Of a stretch of 64,000 nucleotides of DNA, positions 21,897 to 31,400 are shown piece after piece. The stretch's first letter is position 1; the number at the start of each line of letters is the position of its first letter. The position numbers were made by a program, and so were the translations under genes. Origin of the DNA: Candidatus Dojkabacteria bacterium (GTDB taxonomy: Bacteria > Patescibacteriota > Dojkabacteria > SC72). The notes beneath the pieces were generated by a model that was not told the DNA's origin, did no database searches, and saw only the letters and a list, made by a program, of their open reading frames with translations. The stretch lies in contig DUTP01000001.1 in NCBI GenBank assembly GCA_012842045.1, forward strand, positions 28,534 through 92,533, given 5' to 3'.

Positions 21897-22544
21897 ATGA
21901 AGAAACAAACTGTTTTTCAAAAATTCAATAACATATATATAGCAATAGGGTTCTTCTTTCTTACTACTGCTCTAATAGCTATCATTATCCCAATATGGCC
22001 ATATTTGTGGTATAGAATCCATCCAGAAGAAACAAATAAAGAGACAGAAAAGATTATCAAAGAAGTTGTTCCTCCTAAAGTTGAAATAGAAGAGAAAAAA
22101 ACAGAATCTGTAAGATTAGATATTCCTCCATTAAATACATCACTTCCAGAAGGAAAGTTTGTAAAAATACCTAAAATCGAAGTTAACTCTCCAATATCTA
22201 CAAGTAAAAATTCTGATGAGGGATTAAAAAATGGTACATGGATTGTAAAAGAGTATGGGACACCAGAGCAACCAGATCTGCCAATTATCTTAGCCGCACA
22301 CAGATTCGGGTATTCTTCATGGAGCACGGAGAAGAGAAACAGGATATCTTACTACAATCTACCCAAGACAGGTGATGGAGATGAGATAACCATATATTGG
22401 AATCAGAGGGAATATAAGTACAAGATATATAAGTCAGAAGAGTCCACCTACATTACTGATTACACTGCAGACCTCATACTATATACATGTAAATTTTTCA
22501 ACTCCCCAATTAGAATATTCCGATATGCCCAAAGAATACCTTAA
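21897..22544 (+). CDS. Sortase-family transpeptidase (membrane-anchored)
   Basis: N-terminal TM. Catalytic His in ILAAHR, Cys in LILYTC, Arg in IRIFRY; the spacing matches the SrtA fold. Confidence 0.7.
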   Translation: MKKQTVFQKFNNIYIAIGFFFLTTALIAIIIPIWPYLWYRIHPEETNKETEKIIKEVVPPKVEIEEKKTESVRLDIPPLNTSLPEGKFVKIPKIEVNSPISTSKNSDEGLKNGTWIVKEYGTPEQPDLPIILAAHRFGYSSWSTEKRNRISYYNLPKTGDGDEITIYWNQREYKYKIYKSEESTYITDYTADLILYTCKFFNSPIRIFRYAQRIP

Positions 22545-22583
22545 TTTTCAAAGGTAGACATTAAAAGGTGCTGTCCCATAGTG

Positions 22584-22612
22584 TTGCATATTAGGGTGAA
22601 AGATGCTATAAT
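22584..22612 (+). promoter_or_regulatory. Near-consensus sigma70 promoter upstream of the mini sorting-signal protein
   Basis: TTGCAT, 17-nt spacer, TATAAT (22584-22589 and 22607-22612), about 35 nt upstream of the ATG at 22646. Confidence 0.5.
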
Positions 22613-22645
22613 AATCTTGCATTTAAATTAACTAGCCCTTTAAAT

Positions 22646-22891
22646 ATGAGGAAGTTATTTTCAGCAATCTTAGCTGTCATTATGCTCTCCTTAATAAATG
22701 CAGACATTGCACTAGCTAGTGGTGGTGGAAATCCATACGGTCCATATAATCCATATCCACCTCATGACCCACTACCAACAGGTTTTGGTGATACTAAAAC
22801 CTTCTACCTAGTAGCATTAGTAGCATTTACAGTAGGTATGATCATTTTAGCAATAGCTAAGAACCTTAAGGGCAAGCAGTCTGCTGCCTAA
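22646..22891 (+). CDS. 81-aa secreted Pro/Tyr-rich mini-protein with a C-terminal sortase-type tripartite sorting signal
   Basis: Signal peptide with ALA-S cleavage site, then a GGGNPYGPYNPYPPHDP core, LPTG motif, hydrophobic TM (FYLVALVAFTVGMIILAIA) and basic tail KNLKGK. Immediately downstream of the sortase gene. Confidence 0.6.
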   Translation: MRKLFSAILAVIMLSLINADIALASGGGNPYGPYNPYPPHDPLPTGFGDTKTFYLVALVAFTVGMIILAIAKNLKGKQSAA

Positions 22892-22968
22892 ATTGAGTAG
22901 ACTGCTCCCTTAGGAGCTTAAATGCAACTATTTCTATTTACATATTTAAAACAACTTTATCTATAAAA

Positions 22969-23730
22969 ATGAAACTTTCTTTGGTAATACCAACATACAA
23001 AAAACAAAGAGAAGTATTGGATCAGTTAGAAAGACTCTACGGTTTTCTTTCTAGAAAAAATCCAAATTTTGAACTCATCTTCGTAATCGATGGGTATGTT
23101 GATAATACTAAAGAAATTTTGGAGAAGTATATTAAAGAAAACAGATTAAAAAAGATTTCCATTATTGGTTACAAAGAAAATAGAGGTAAAGGATATGCTG
23201 TTAGATATGGTATGAAAAGAGCAAAAGGAGATGTCATTGGCTTCATTGACGCAGATACAGATATTCAGATTAGAACACTAGGATATGCTCTCAAAGCTCT
23301 TAAAGATGAATCTGTTATGGCTGTTGTACCTTCCAAATTACACAAAGATTCTAATATAGAGATGACTACCTTCAGAAAGATTCTTTCTGCAGGTCTCTTC
23401 TTAACAAACAAATTAATACTTTCATTACCTAAGAATGTAAGTGATGTAGGTTGTGGTCTTAAACTTTTTAGAAAAGAATTAGTAGAAAGAATACTTCCTA
23501 AATTAACAGTTGACAGATTTGCAATTGATTCAGAAATCTTAAATGAGATAGGAAAGATAGGGTACAAAGTAGCAGTAATTCCTTTCTTCTTAAACAAAAA
23601 CAGAAGTGAGAGTACATCAACTCATCTTAGAGAAACTCTTAGAATGTTAAAGGATATCTTACATATTGCTAAGGAAGACAAAATGGCATTTATCACAGGT
23701 ATTGAAATGAGGTTTTGGAAAGCTAATTAA
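22969..23730 (+). CDS. Family 2 glycosyltransferase (dolichol/polyprenol-phosphate sugar transferase-like)
   Basis: LVIPTYK, ELIFVIDGYVDNT, GKGYAV and DADTD (DxD) motifs of the GT2 GT-A fold. Confidence 0.75.
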   Translation: MKLSLVIPTYKKQREVLDQLERLYGFLSRKNPNFELIFVIDGYVDNTKEILEKYIKENRLKKISIIGYKENRGKGYAVRYGMKRAKGDVIGFIDADTDIQIRTLGYALKALKDESVMAVVPSKLHKDSNIEMTTFRKILSAGLFLTNKLILSLPKNVSDVGCGLKLFRKELVERILPKLTVDRFAIDSEILNEIGKIGYKVAVIPFFLNKNRSESTSTHLRETLRMLKDILHIAKEDKMAFITGIEMRFWKAN

Positions 23731-24733
23731 AACCTCCCTTAAAACTCTTTAAGAAATTACCATAATCTGCAAGAATATTCTTCTCTGCTGGACTACTTTC
23801 TACCACTATTGCAGGTATTCTCTCTCCTCTAAATTGCCTCACCTTAAGCCATTCTCCTATCTCTCTATTCACATCAAAATTATTCCCTAAAGGTAGATGC
23901 GTTCTAACCGTATCATCAGTATACTCCTTGCCACTCAAAGATAGAAAGAGAGGTAGATTGTTCTTCCCTTGTCTTTCTAAAGCTTCCATAATTCTAAACA
24001 TATCTTTGTATTCCTCTTTAGGTAATCCACCCATATCTAAATCAATACCAAACTTTAAGCTAGCATTTTTAGGATTATTTTTAATATTGTCATATATTGT
24101 CATAAAATCTACAAATGTACCATCTCCTATCTTTTTGTTTGGTTCAATAGCCCAGATTACATTCTTTCCTAATCCTTTCAATTTAACAGTCAACTGCCTT
24201 ATCTTCTTCATCTCTTCTTCAAATGATACTGTTTCAATACAGGTTCTTACCTTAACAACATCGTCTTTCATAGCCTGTACTGCTTCTAAAGTACTTCCAA
24301 TTTGATCTTCCTCTGAATGAGATTGGAGTAGGGCATATGCATACTCTTTCCCTAAAGCTACAGCCAATCCTAAACCTCTATAACCTTCACCCTTAACTCT
24401 TTGCATTTTTTCATTAAGAAATTGCTTGTTAAACTTAACAAGATAGGGGTAGTCTACAGAAGCTAAAAACCCTTGTATACCTGATGGATTTAATGAAGAT
24501 GCTAATACAGATACACCAAACTCTGCTTTGTCTCCTAAATGTTCTTGAGTGATTCTTTGTGCTTCTAGAGCATTTTCTACAACAATGTTTGTATATTTCT
24601 CTTTGTCTAGAGCAGATTGAACTAAACCTGCTACAGCCCCAATATTCCCTCCTTCTTGATTAGGATTACCTAGAGATACAGAACTTAATTGTATATCTAA
24701 TTTGTCTTCTTCAGAGTATGGCATTGTTTCCAT
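23723..24733 (-). CDS. Hypothetical protein (336 aa)
   Basis: Long ORF with coding-like composition but no motif I can assign. Overlaps the GT2 stop by 8 nt. Confidence 0.4.
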   Translation of the reverse strand: METMPYSEEDKLDIQLSSVSLGNPNQEGGNIGAVAGLVQSALDKEKYTNIVVENALEAQRITQEHLGDKAEFGVSVLASSLNPSGIQGFLASVDYPYLVKFNKQFLNEKMQRVKGEGYRGLGLAVALGKEYAYALLQSHSEEDQIGSTLEAVQAMKDDVVKVRTCIETVSFEEEMKKIRQLTVKLKGLGKNVIWAIEPNKKIGDGTFVDFMTIYDNIKNNPKNASLKFGIDLDMGGLPKEEYKDMFRIMEALERQGKNNLPLFLSLSGKEYTDDTVRTHLPLGNNFDVNREIGEWLKVRQFRGERIPAIVVESSPAEKNILADYGNFLKSFKGGFN

Positions 24734-24803
24734 AGTTTGAGTATATCATAGATGTTTTATAAAGATTGGAAGTTAATATACTTCCATTTGATATTCGTAC
24801 TAG

Positions 24804-24942
24804 CTTATAGTATAATACAGGCAGTTATATAACCTGCTCATTAACAAAAGATTAACTACTTCATATCAGCACTAAACTGTTGACTTTCAACCCAACCTAT
24901 AGTATAATATGTGTACAGTTAAATAGCCTGCTCTTTAAAATG
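24804..24942. repeat. Imperfect direct repeat (~47 bp x2, period 92 bp) in the intergenic region upstream of the 25229 gene
   Basis: cttatagtataatacaggcagttatataacctgctcattaacaaaag versus cctatagtataatatgtgtacagttaaatagcctgctctttaaaatg; each copy contains a TATAAT-like box. Confidence 0.5.
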
Positions 24943-25228
24943 TAAAAAGTTTTCCTAATAAAGATTCATAGAAGAGGTGTGTACCTTGTATGAGTTTTTA
25001 TTTAAAAACTCGAAGATCTTTAAAAATTTCTAAACAATATACATATGATTTTATCAGTATATGTTTAGATAAAATAGTGTGTGATGGAATAGAGATAGTA
25101 GGGTTTTTGTTTTTCTCCTTATTTTTGCATATTCAATTGGAATGCATAGTGTATCTAATTATTAACACATTGGGTATAGTGTGCATTCCATTTGGAATCA
25201 AAAATATTTTTATAAAGGAGAAAAACTC

Positions 25229-26197
25229 ATGAGTACCATAGTAACTCAAACTTTGCAAAATGCTAATATCGAAGCATTGAAAAATGCACTTGAGAAAGCA
25301 CGGGCTGATGCCAAGAACATCAGGGCGTCTCTTAAAGATGCCAAAACCAGACAGAATGATTTTGAAGTACAAATGTTCCAAACTGCTTTGGATGCTAAGG
25401 AGAAAGATATCAAAGATCTTGAAAAAACTCTTCAAGCATTTAAGGCAGCAGAAACAACAACACCAAAAGCCAGCCTGAAAACCAAACTACAAAAGATGGT
25501 TAGAAATATTAATTGGAAGACAGTTAAAAATTTCTTCCTCTTCTTGTTATTCTGTGGTGCTATTGCACTTGGAATTCATTGGTGGAAACAGGCGCAGGAA
25601 GCAAAAAGTACAAGCCAAGCTGCACTGGTGCAACAATGTGAGTCTAAAGGTGGTTCTTTCACTAATGGTATGTGTACCATCTATGAAAAAGCCGAACAAA
25701 CCGACATCAACAAAGATGGACAGACCACACAACAACAACCTAACACCAGTATCAACTCAGCAGGTACCAATCCTGAAGGTGCAAATGTCCAACCGGGACC
25801 TGTCGTTATTACGGTAACAAATCCCGATGACCCCAATAATCCTGAACAGAAAAAGATTAATTACGGCACATATGTTGCCAAATATAATCGCTACTCAGGT
25901 ATTTGGGATATTGCACTTGACGAGGACTATCTCGTGGGTGTTGCAGACAAAAACCTCGCAGATATAAAAAGAGAAGGCGCAATCATCACTTTCACCATGC
26001 CGGCCGATGGCTGGATCAATAACTCCGCTGGTTTATACCTCACTGTTGGTGGGGTAGAGTGGGACTTTGGCAACTATGCTGAAGGAGTAGATGGTATGAA
26101 AGTGGAGAATATGATTTCCAAAGGCACTCCAATAGTGATTGCTTACCAACCGAACAATATATCCGCAGGCTTTTCGCTAAAATTCAAAAACAACTAA
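25229..26197 (+). CDS. Type II (N-in) membrane protein with cytoplasmic coiled coil and an extracytoplasmic C-terminal module shared with the next gene
   Basis: AAGGAG SD 8 nt upstream of the ATG at 25229. Coiled coil, one TM (NFFLFLLFCGAIALGIHWW), Q/T/N/P-rich linker, then a conserved ~90-aa module. GC looks visibly higher than the neighbours. Confidence 0.65.
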   Translation: MSTIVTQTLQNANIEALKNALEKARADAKNIRASLKDAKTRQNDFEVQMFQTALDAKEKDIKDLEKTLQAFKAAETTTPKASLKTKLQKMVRNINWKTVKNFFLFLLFCGAIALGIHWWKQAQEAKSTSQAALVQQCESKGGSFTNGMCTIYEKAEQTDINKDGQTTQQQPNTSINSAGTNPEGANVQPGPVVITVTNPDDPNNPEQKKINYGTYVAKYNRYSGIWDIALDEDYLVGVADKNLADIKREGAIITFTMPADGWINNSAGLYLTVGGVEWDFGNYAEGVDGMKVENMISKGTPIVIAYQPNNISAGFSLKFKNN

Positions 26198-26213
26198 TGT
26201 CTACTCACCGTAA

Positions 26214-26251
26214 GGGTGGGGTAAGTGCTTCATAGCACAATAACCCCACCC
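26214..26251 (+). other. GC-rich nested stem-loop 17 nt downstream of the stop codon
   Basis: GGGTGGGGT aa[GTGCT tcat AGCAC]aataa ACCCCACCC: a 9-bp outer stem and 5-bp inner stem; there is no T tract after it. Confidence 0.4.
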
Positions 26252-26363
26252 CGAGGAGAGCCCATCACACACTAAAGTCTTCTAAGACTAATAGTCTTAC
26301 TGATGAGTCCATATATATAAATAATATATTGAGGACGAAAAGATAAAATAAAGAATAATTGTT

Positions 26364-26394
26364 AAAAGAGAGGATATATATCCTCTCTTTTTTT
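26364..26394 (+). terminator. Rho-independent terminator (symmetric, possibly bidirectional)
   Basis: AAGAGAGGATAT/ATATCCTCTCTT perfect 12-bp palindrome followed by TTTTTTTAT; A-run on the 5' side. Confidence 0.7.
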
Positions 26395-26551
26395 ATCTAA
26401 CACCTTGCTAGAACTATAATGCCTTGCTTAGGAACCCACACATATAACAAGGATGCTGGAAGTAAAAACAACTTTTTGACAACATTGACATTGTAAAAAC
26501 TCCTGTTATAGGGTATACTAAAGTATATTAATTTAATTAATATACAATAAT

Positions 26552-27580
26552 ATGGCAGAATTAAGTAGAAACGAAAAAATTGCCGGAGCAGTTATAGCTA
26601 CAACACTAGCAGGAACTGCATTCACAGGATGCGCAACAACAGGTATCAAATCAATTGAAGACTACGACAACGAAAAGAATGCTTTATCATTACAAATACC
26701 AACATCTCAACCAGAAGAAGACCCAAACGGTTTGCCACTTCCTACAATAGAAGCAGGAGAAAATAGCCCAGCAACACTAAAAATCTCTTTTGGAGCACTT
26801 GGGGATTTCGAAACACACCTAAACTACGATACGGGAATGTATCACTTAGGTCTCACCAAAGATTACAATGTCAAAGAAGGTACTAAGACACTAGAAGACC
26901 TTCAAAGAGACGGAGGTACAATTGGTCTAGAAGACATTCCTTTTGATATGGCTATCAATGTTAGCAGTGGAAGCGAAGGAAAGTTCTATGTGAACGATGA
27001 AGAGTGGGACTTAGGGAATCCTGCAGAGAGTAAAGATGGAGAGTTTGTGATAGAAGTAGGAAGCTCATTTCTAGCAGTATGGGAAGCAGGAGATGATGCT
27101 GCAGGATTAGAAATCATGATCTCACCAACTGGAAGTTTTGATGACTTTGATTATCCAGAAACCGTAAGACCCAATTATCAAACAGAAGAAGAACAGAGAG
27201 AATTCTCACCTTTAGGTTATGAAACAAATATACAAAAGCTAGGAACATACAAATGGGTTTATGATCCAATTCAAGAGATATTCATACTACAGATTGCAGA
27301 GAAGCATTTGGTAAAGAAAGGTGAAATGAATCTAGCAGACCTCAAGAGAGATGGTGGGAAATTTGTAATGTCATTCCCATGGGAGAGCAGACTAAATAGT
27401 ATTGTTGGTGAAGTTAGAATTGATGGGAAAGAAGTACTCAATGGAAATCCTGTATATGATGAGAATGGAAAAATGATAAACAAGGAGTACATTATTCCAG
27501 CAGATACTGTAATAGAAATCTTTTACAAACCAGACCCTAGTAATGGATTCCAAGTTGAGATAGATTGGCCAATGAAGTAA
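26552..27580 (+). CDS. Lipoprotein carrying two tandem copies of the module found in the preceding gene
   Basis: Signal peptide with lipobox AFTGC. Two repeats contain (T/N)L(E/A)DL(Q/K)RDGG ... (N/D)(D/G)(E/K)EW(D/L)LGNP motifs. Confidence 0.65.
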   Translation: MAELSRNEKIAGAVIATTLAGTAFTGCATTGIKSIEDYDNEKNALSLQIPTSQPEEDPNGLPLPTIEAGENSPATLKISFGALGDFETHLNYDTGMYHLGLTKDYNVKEGTKTLEDLQRDGGTIGLEDIPFDMAINVSSGSEGKFYVNDEEWDLGNPAESKDGEFVIEVGSSFLAVWEAGDDAAGLEIMISPTGSFDDFDYPETVRPNYQTEEEQREFSPLGYETNIQKLGTYKWVYDPIQEIFILQIAEKHLVKKGEMNLADLKRDGGKFVMSFPWESRLNSIVGEVRIDGKEVLNGNPVYDENGKMINKEYIIPADTVIEIFYKPDPSNGFQVEIDWPMK

Positions 27581-27585
27581 AGATA

Positions 27586-28413
27586 TTACTTTAATATCTT
27601 TCTAGAAAATTCAAACGCTTTCATAAAAAGAGTAGGGGGAAGAATACTAAGTATTCGAACTCCTACTTTTTGCATATTCCATATAACATATTCTCTAAAT
27701 GTAGGCTTAATATTTAAATTCTGTATAGCCCAATTCCTCATATCATTTGTTAATTTAAAATGTTCCACCATTTTAGACTGACTCTCTGTTTGAAAAGTCA
27801 TTCTGTATTTAAGTACAGTATCAGGTAAATTAGCAAATTCACCTTTTGTACTAAGTATGAGAAAAAGTTTTACATCTTCTACTTTCCACATATCTTCAGG
27901 ATAGAGACCTATCTCTTCTAATGTAGATTTTCTTAATGTAACAGCTGGATGTGCAAATGGTTGGAAGAGAAATCTGTTTTTCTTTAGGTCTTTATCATTC
28001 TGTGCATATTCCCTATGTCCAGTAATATTTGAATCTGCATCTATGATATCTATTTGACCACCTACAGCAACACAATTAGGATTACTTTCTAGATACTCAA
28101 CCTGTTTTTCAATTCTATCCGGATACATAATATCATCTGCATCCATTCTTGCTATGTATTTACCCTTAGATGCTCTTATGCCGATGTTAATGACATTACC
28201 TAAACCATTCTGTTTCTCTACTGGGAACACCTTTATCTTCTCTCCATATTCTTTTAGAATCTCTAAAGTACTATCCGTACTCTTGTCATCCACAACTATT
28301 ATTTCAATATTACTGTATGTCTGTGCAAGACAACTATCTATTGATTCTTTAATATATTTTTCGCCATTGTGAACAGGTATGACAATGGAAACAACAGCTT
28401 TATTTAAATCCAT
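27586..28413 (-). CDS. Family 2 glycosyltransferase
   Basis: VSIVIPVHNGEKYI, IIVVDDKSTD, DADDIMYPDRIE motifs (GT2 GT-A fold, DxD). Confidence 0.8.
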   Translation of the reverse strand: MDLNKAVVSIVIPVHNGEKYIKESIDSCLAQTYSNIEIIVVDDKSTDSTLEILKEYGEKIKVFPVEKQNGLGNVINIGIRASKGKYIARMDADDIMYPDRIEKQVEYLESNPNCVAVGGQIDIIDADSNITGHREYAQNDKDLKKNRFLFQPFAHPAVTLRKSTLEEIGLYPEDMWKVEDVKLFLILSTKGEFANLPDTVLKYRMTFQTESQSKMVEHFKLTNDMRNWAIQNLNIKPTFREYVIWNMQKVGVRILSILPPTLFMKAFEFSRKILK

Positions 28414-31400
28414 ACTTTCTTTGCTTTACAATTTTAACAATTAAGTATACAAACATAATGATAATTAGCAAATATCCGAAGTAGGAGAGTAGGTTAGGCC
28501 AATAGATGACTATTACAGAATCATACTCTTTACCCTCAGTATCCCAACCTTGTTTCCAACCTTTAATATCAACCCTATCCTCTTTCCCAAAGATTTTTAA
28601 TTGATCATCTTTCTTGGCTACAGCAAACCAATATTTAGATTTCGCTTGGGGTATAGAGATGAGAGTGTTTCTGGAAAGTTCTTGATCTTCTCCTAAGGTA
28701 TAGAGAGAACCATGCTCGTTTCTAGGAACAAGTTCAACCTCATGATATTCTCTTTCCACAGCTGCTTTGTAAACAGCATCATCCCAAACCTCTGGCTTTG
28801 GCATTACAACAAATTGCTTTAGTATATTTTCACTTAAATCCGCAAAACTAATACTATTGTAAGATGCATCCATTACACCTAAATCTTGCGCAGGTGAGAG
28901 GAATGTCTTTAGTACAGATTTTTCCTCATCAGTATAGAGAATATCATCAACCCAACATCTATCAGAGCCTTGGTATGTCAGACACAAAGAAGCGGGGATA
29001 TTTTTTAGATTCTCACCTTTCCAATACCAAAGATATTGATGGGCAGGAGTCGTTTGCAAAATATGTGCATACTGATTTACTCTCTGATTTTGCACTACTT
29101 GTTTCATTCCGTCTTCATATTTTGTGTTATGAGAAAGAGAACCATCTTCTGCTTTACTTGTTTCCCAAATAGCATTGTTGGTATCTTTGTTTGAGTAAAT
29201 ATAGCTATCATTCCCATACAAAACGGGCAATTCAACAAGGATGCTTCTTCTCTCACCGCCTAGCTCCAATACTTTCTGTTGGGTATCTATATATTCAGCA
29301 AACACTGGTGACTCTTGTATAGCTCCAGAGAGATTAATATCTATATTCCTAATATTTACCGATGCTTTTTCTGAGAGAGGATTGGATGCATATATTGTCA
29401 AAGAGAGGTCATCACTTCCTCTTAATGGTCTTGGTAATAATATGCTAATGTTACCATATCCAGAATCTGTACTAAAGAATTTCTCTCTGTTAACACATAT
29501 CCCTTCTTTAGCAGAGTAAAGACAGAAGCCAAAAGTTGTATTACTACTAGGCTCCCAGTTTACATCAATAGTACCAACATATGTAAGTCTTTTATCCAAC
29601 CTAATATTTACATACAAACAAGGTAATTCTGTAAAACCTTCTAACTTAAAACCTGATGCAATTGTTTCTTTTTTAACATCTGGTAATATGGCATATTCTC
29701 CTCCTGAACAATCTCCTGGCTGGGAGTGTGCCAACACATCAGTTAAAGGTTCCTCTCTCATAGAAGATGCTTTTACAAAAAATACAGAAGTTATCTCTCC
29801 AAACCTTGAAGTAAGAGAAACTCCTTCCGCCACTGAATTATCATCCAGTACATAACCATCTATAATGTAAAAGTTCTCTCCTTCATCATCTACCAGGAAC
29901 TCTTTATATGTATCATTAGTAATACCATTAAGTATTGGTAGTGCAGGAGACACTCTTATCCTATCTCCATATTTTTTAACATGTATTGGAGCATTATTAA
30001 TATCAGAATACGCAATATTTGAGTAGAGGTTTACTGGAATACCAGAATATTCTACCGATTGAGATAGATATCCATTTGTTAGGGACGGAGAAGATATTGG
30101 CAAATTCATCGGAACAATCCTTGGTTCCTGTTGTACATCACGAGTGAAAGATCCAACAGGCAAAGAATCTGATGTTCCTAGATATTCTACATATCGGACA
30201 TCTTTTTTATTAATCTTGTACAATGCAAGGAAGTCTTTCTCCCAGACAAGTTCTAAACCTTTAGCAATGTTCTCCATACTTTCCCAATTCAGAGCATGTC
30301 CATATCTCCCTTTCACAACACTCCTATCTACAAGAATATATCCAACATCATATTTCTGCATCTTCTCTAAGAACAACTCTCTGTCACCAGCATCAAATAC
30401 ATTCCTTATCTCCCACATAGCAACTTCGCCAACGTCAGACCCTATTGCCAAAGACATATCCATTACTGGATTGGGGATTATGTAGGAGATAAATTGGGAA
30501 CCAACAAAACCCCAATCATACTCCCTAAAATATCCGTTATTTGACGGTGGGGCGTAATATATTCTACTGTATGGGTCTGTCTTAAGAGCTTCTTTCAACT
30601 CAAAGTATTGTTCTGGGAGATTAACAGTAGCTCTTTGTGTAAAAAGGTATCCCCTAAAAAGATACTCTGAGTAGAAAAAGAGAGGGAGTACAACAATAGC
30701 TAAAGAAAAAAGAATAAATATATATCTCGAAACTTTTTTAAAGAAAGAGGCAAGGAAATTCAAAAGAAGAGCAAAACCAATGGTAGAGGTAAATGTTAAA
30801 ACAATTAGATATTGTTGGCCAACTTTAGATGATATCCATCTAAAAACCTGTTTAAATATACCCAAGTTTTCTTGAAGCCATATATATATTTCACCCAACG
30901 GAGGGTTTTGATTTTTCAGCAAGAAGAGCAAACCAAAAAGAAGAAGATAAAGGGGAAGTAAACTGTATTTTTTTTGAGCTATTATAAAAACCAATCCAAC
31001 CATAGAAAGGAAGAAGGGAAGAAGACCAACTACCTTGTAAAAATCATATTCCATATAGTCTGAAGATGGTGGAAAAATGTATGTATTGTTCTCAGGATTA
31101 TCCACCGTCCCCAGGAGCCTTGTATACAATCTTGCAGAATTTGGTAATGTCATCATCTCTTTCTCTAAATCAATAGTATTGGCTGTAATACTTCTGTTTG
31201 TGTAAGAGTCGATGATATTGCCACTCGTTGACATTGCATACTGACCGAATGGAAGTAACCAAAAGAGTTGTACTATTAAGAAGATACCAAGACCTTTCAG
31301 GATTCCTTTGAACCTTACTCTATGGTTCCAACCAAAATATATTAGGAATGCCGTTATTAAAACAATATTGACGAAAAACAGTGTACCTATTACCGCAGTT

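Noticed and set aside
22350-22370. LPKTG pentapeptide inside the sortase itself (YYNLPKTGDGDE)
   Set aside because: It sits in the middle of the catalytic domain, not at a C-terminal position with a TM and basic tail. It is most likely coincidental and not a sorting signal
24990-25232. 80-aa plus-strand ORF in the repeat-rich leader
   Set aside because: It lies in an AT-rich intergenic region containing promoter-like repeats and a palindrome. It has no RBS, ends right at the downstream gene's start, and is more plausibly noncoding
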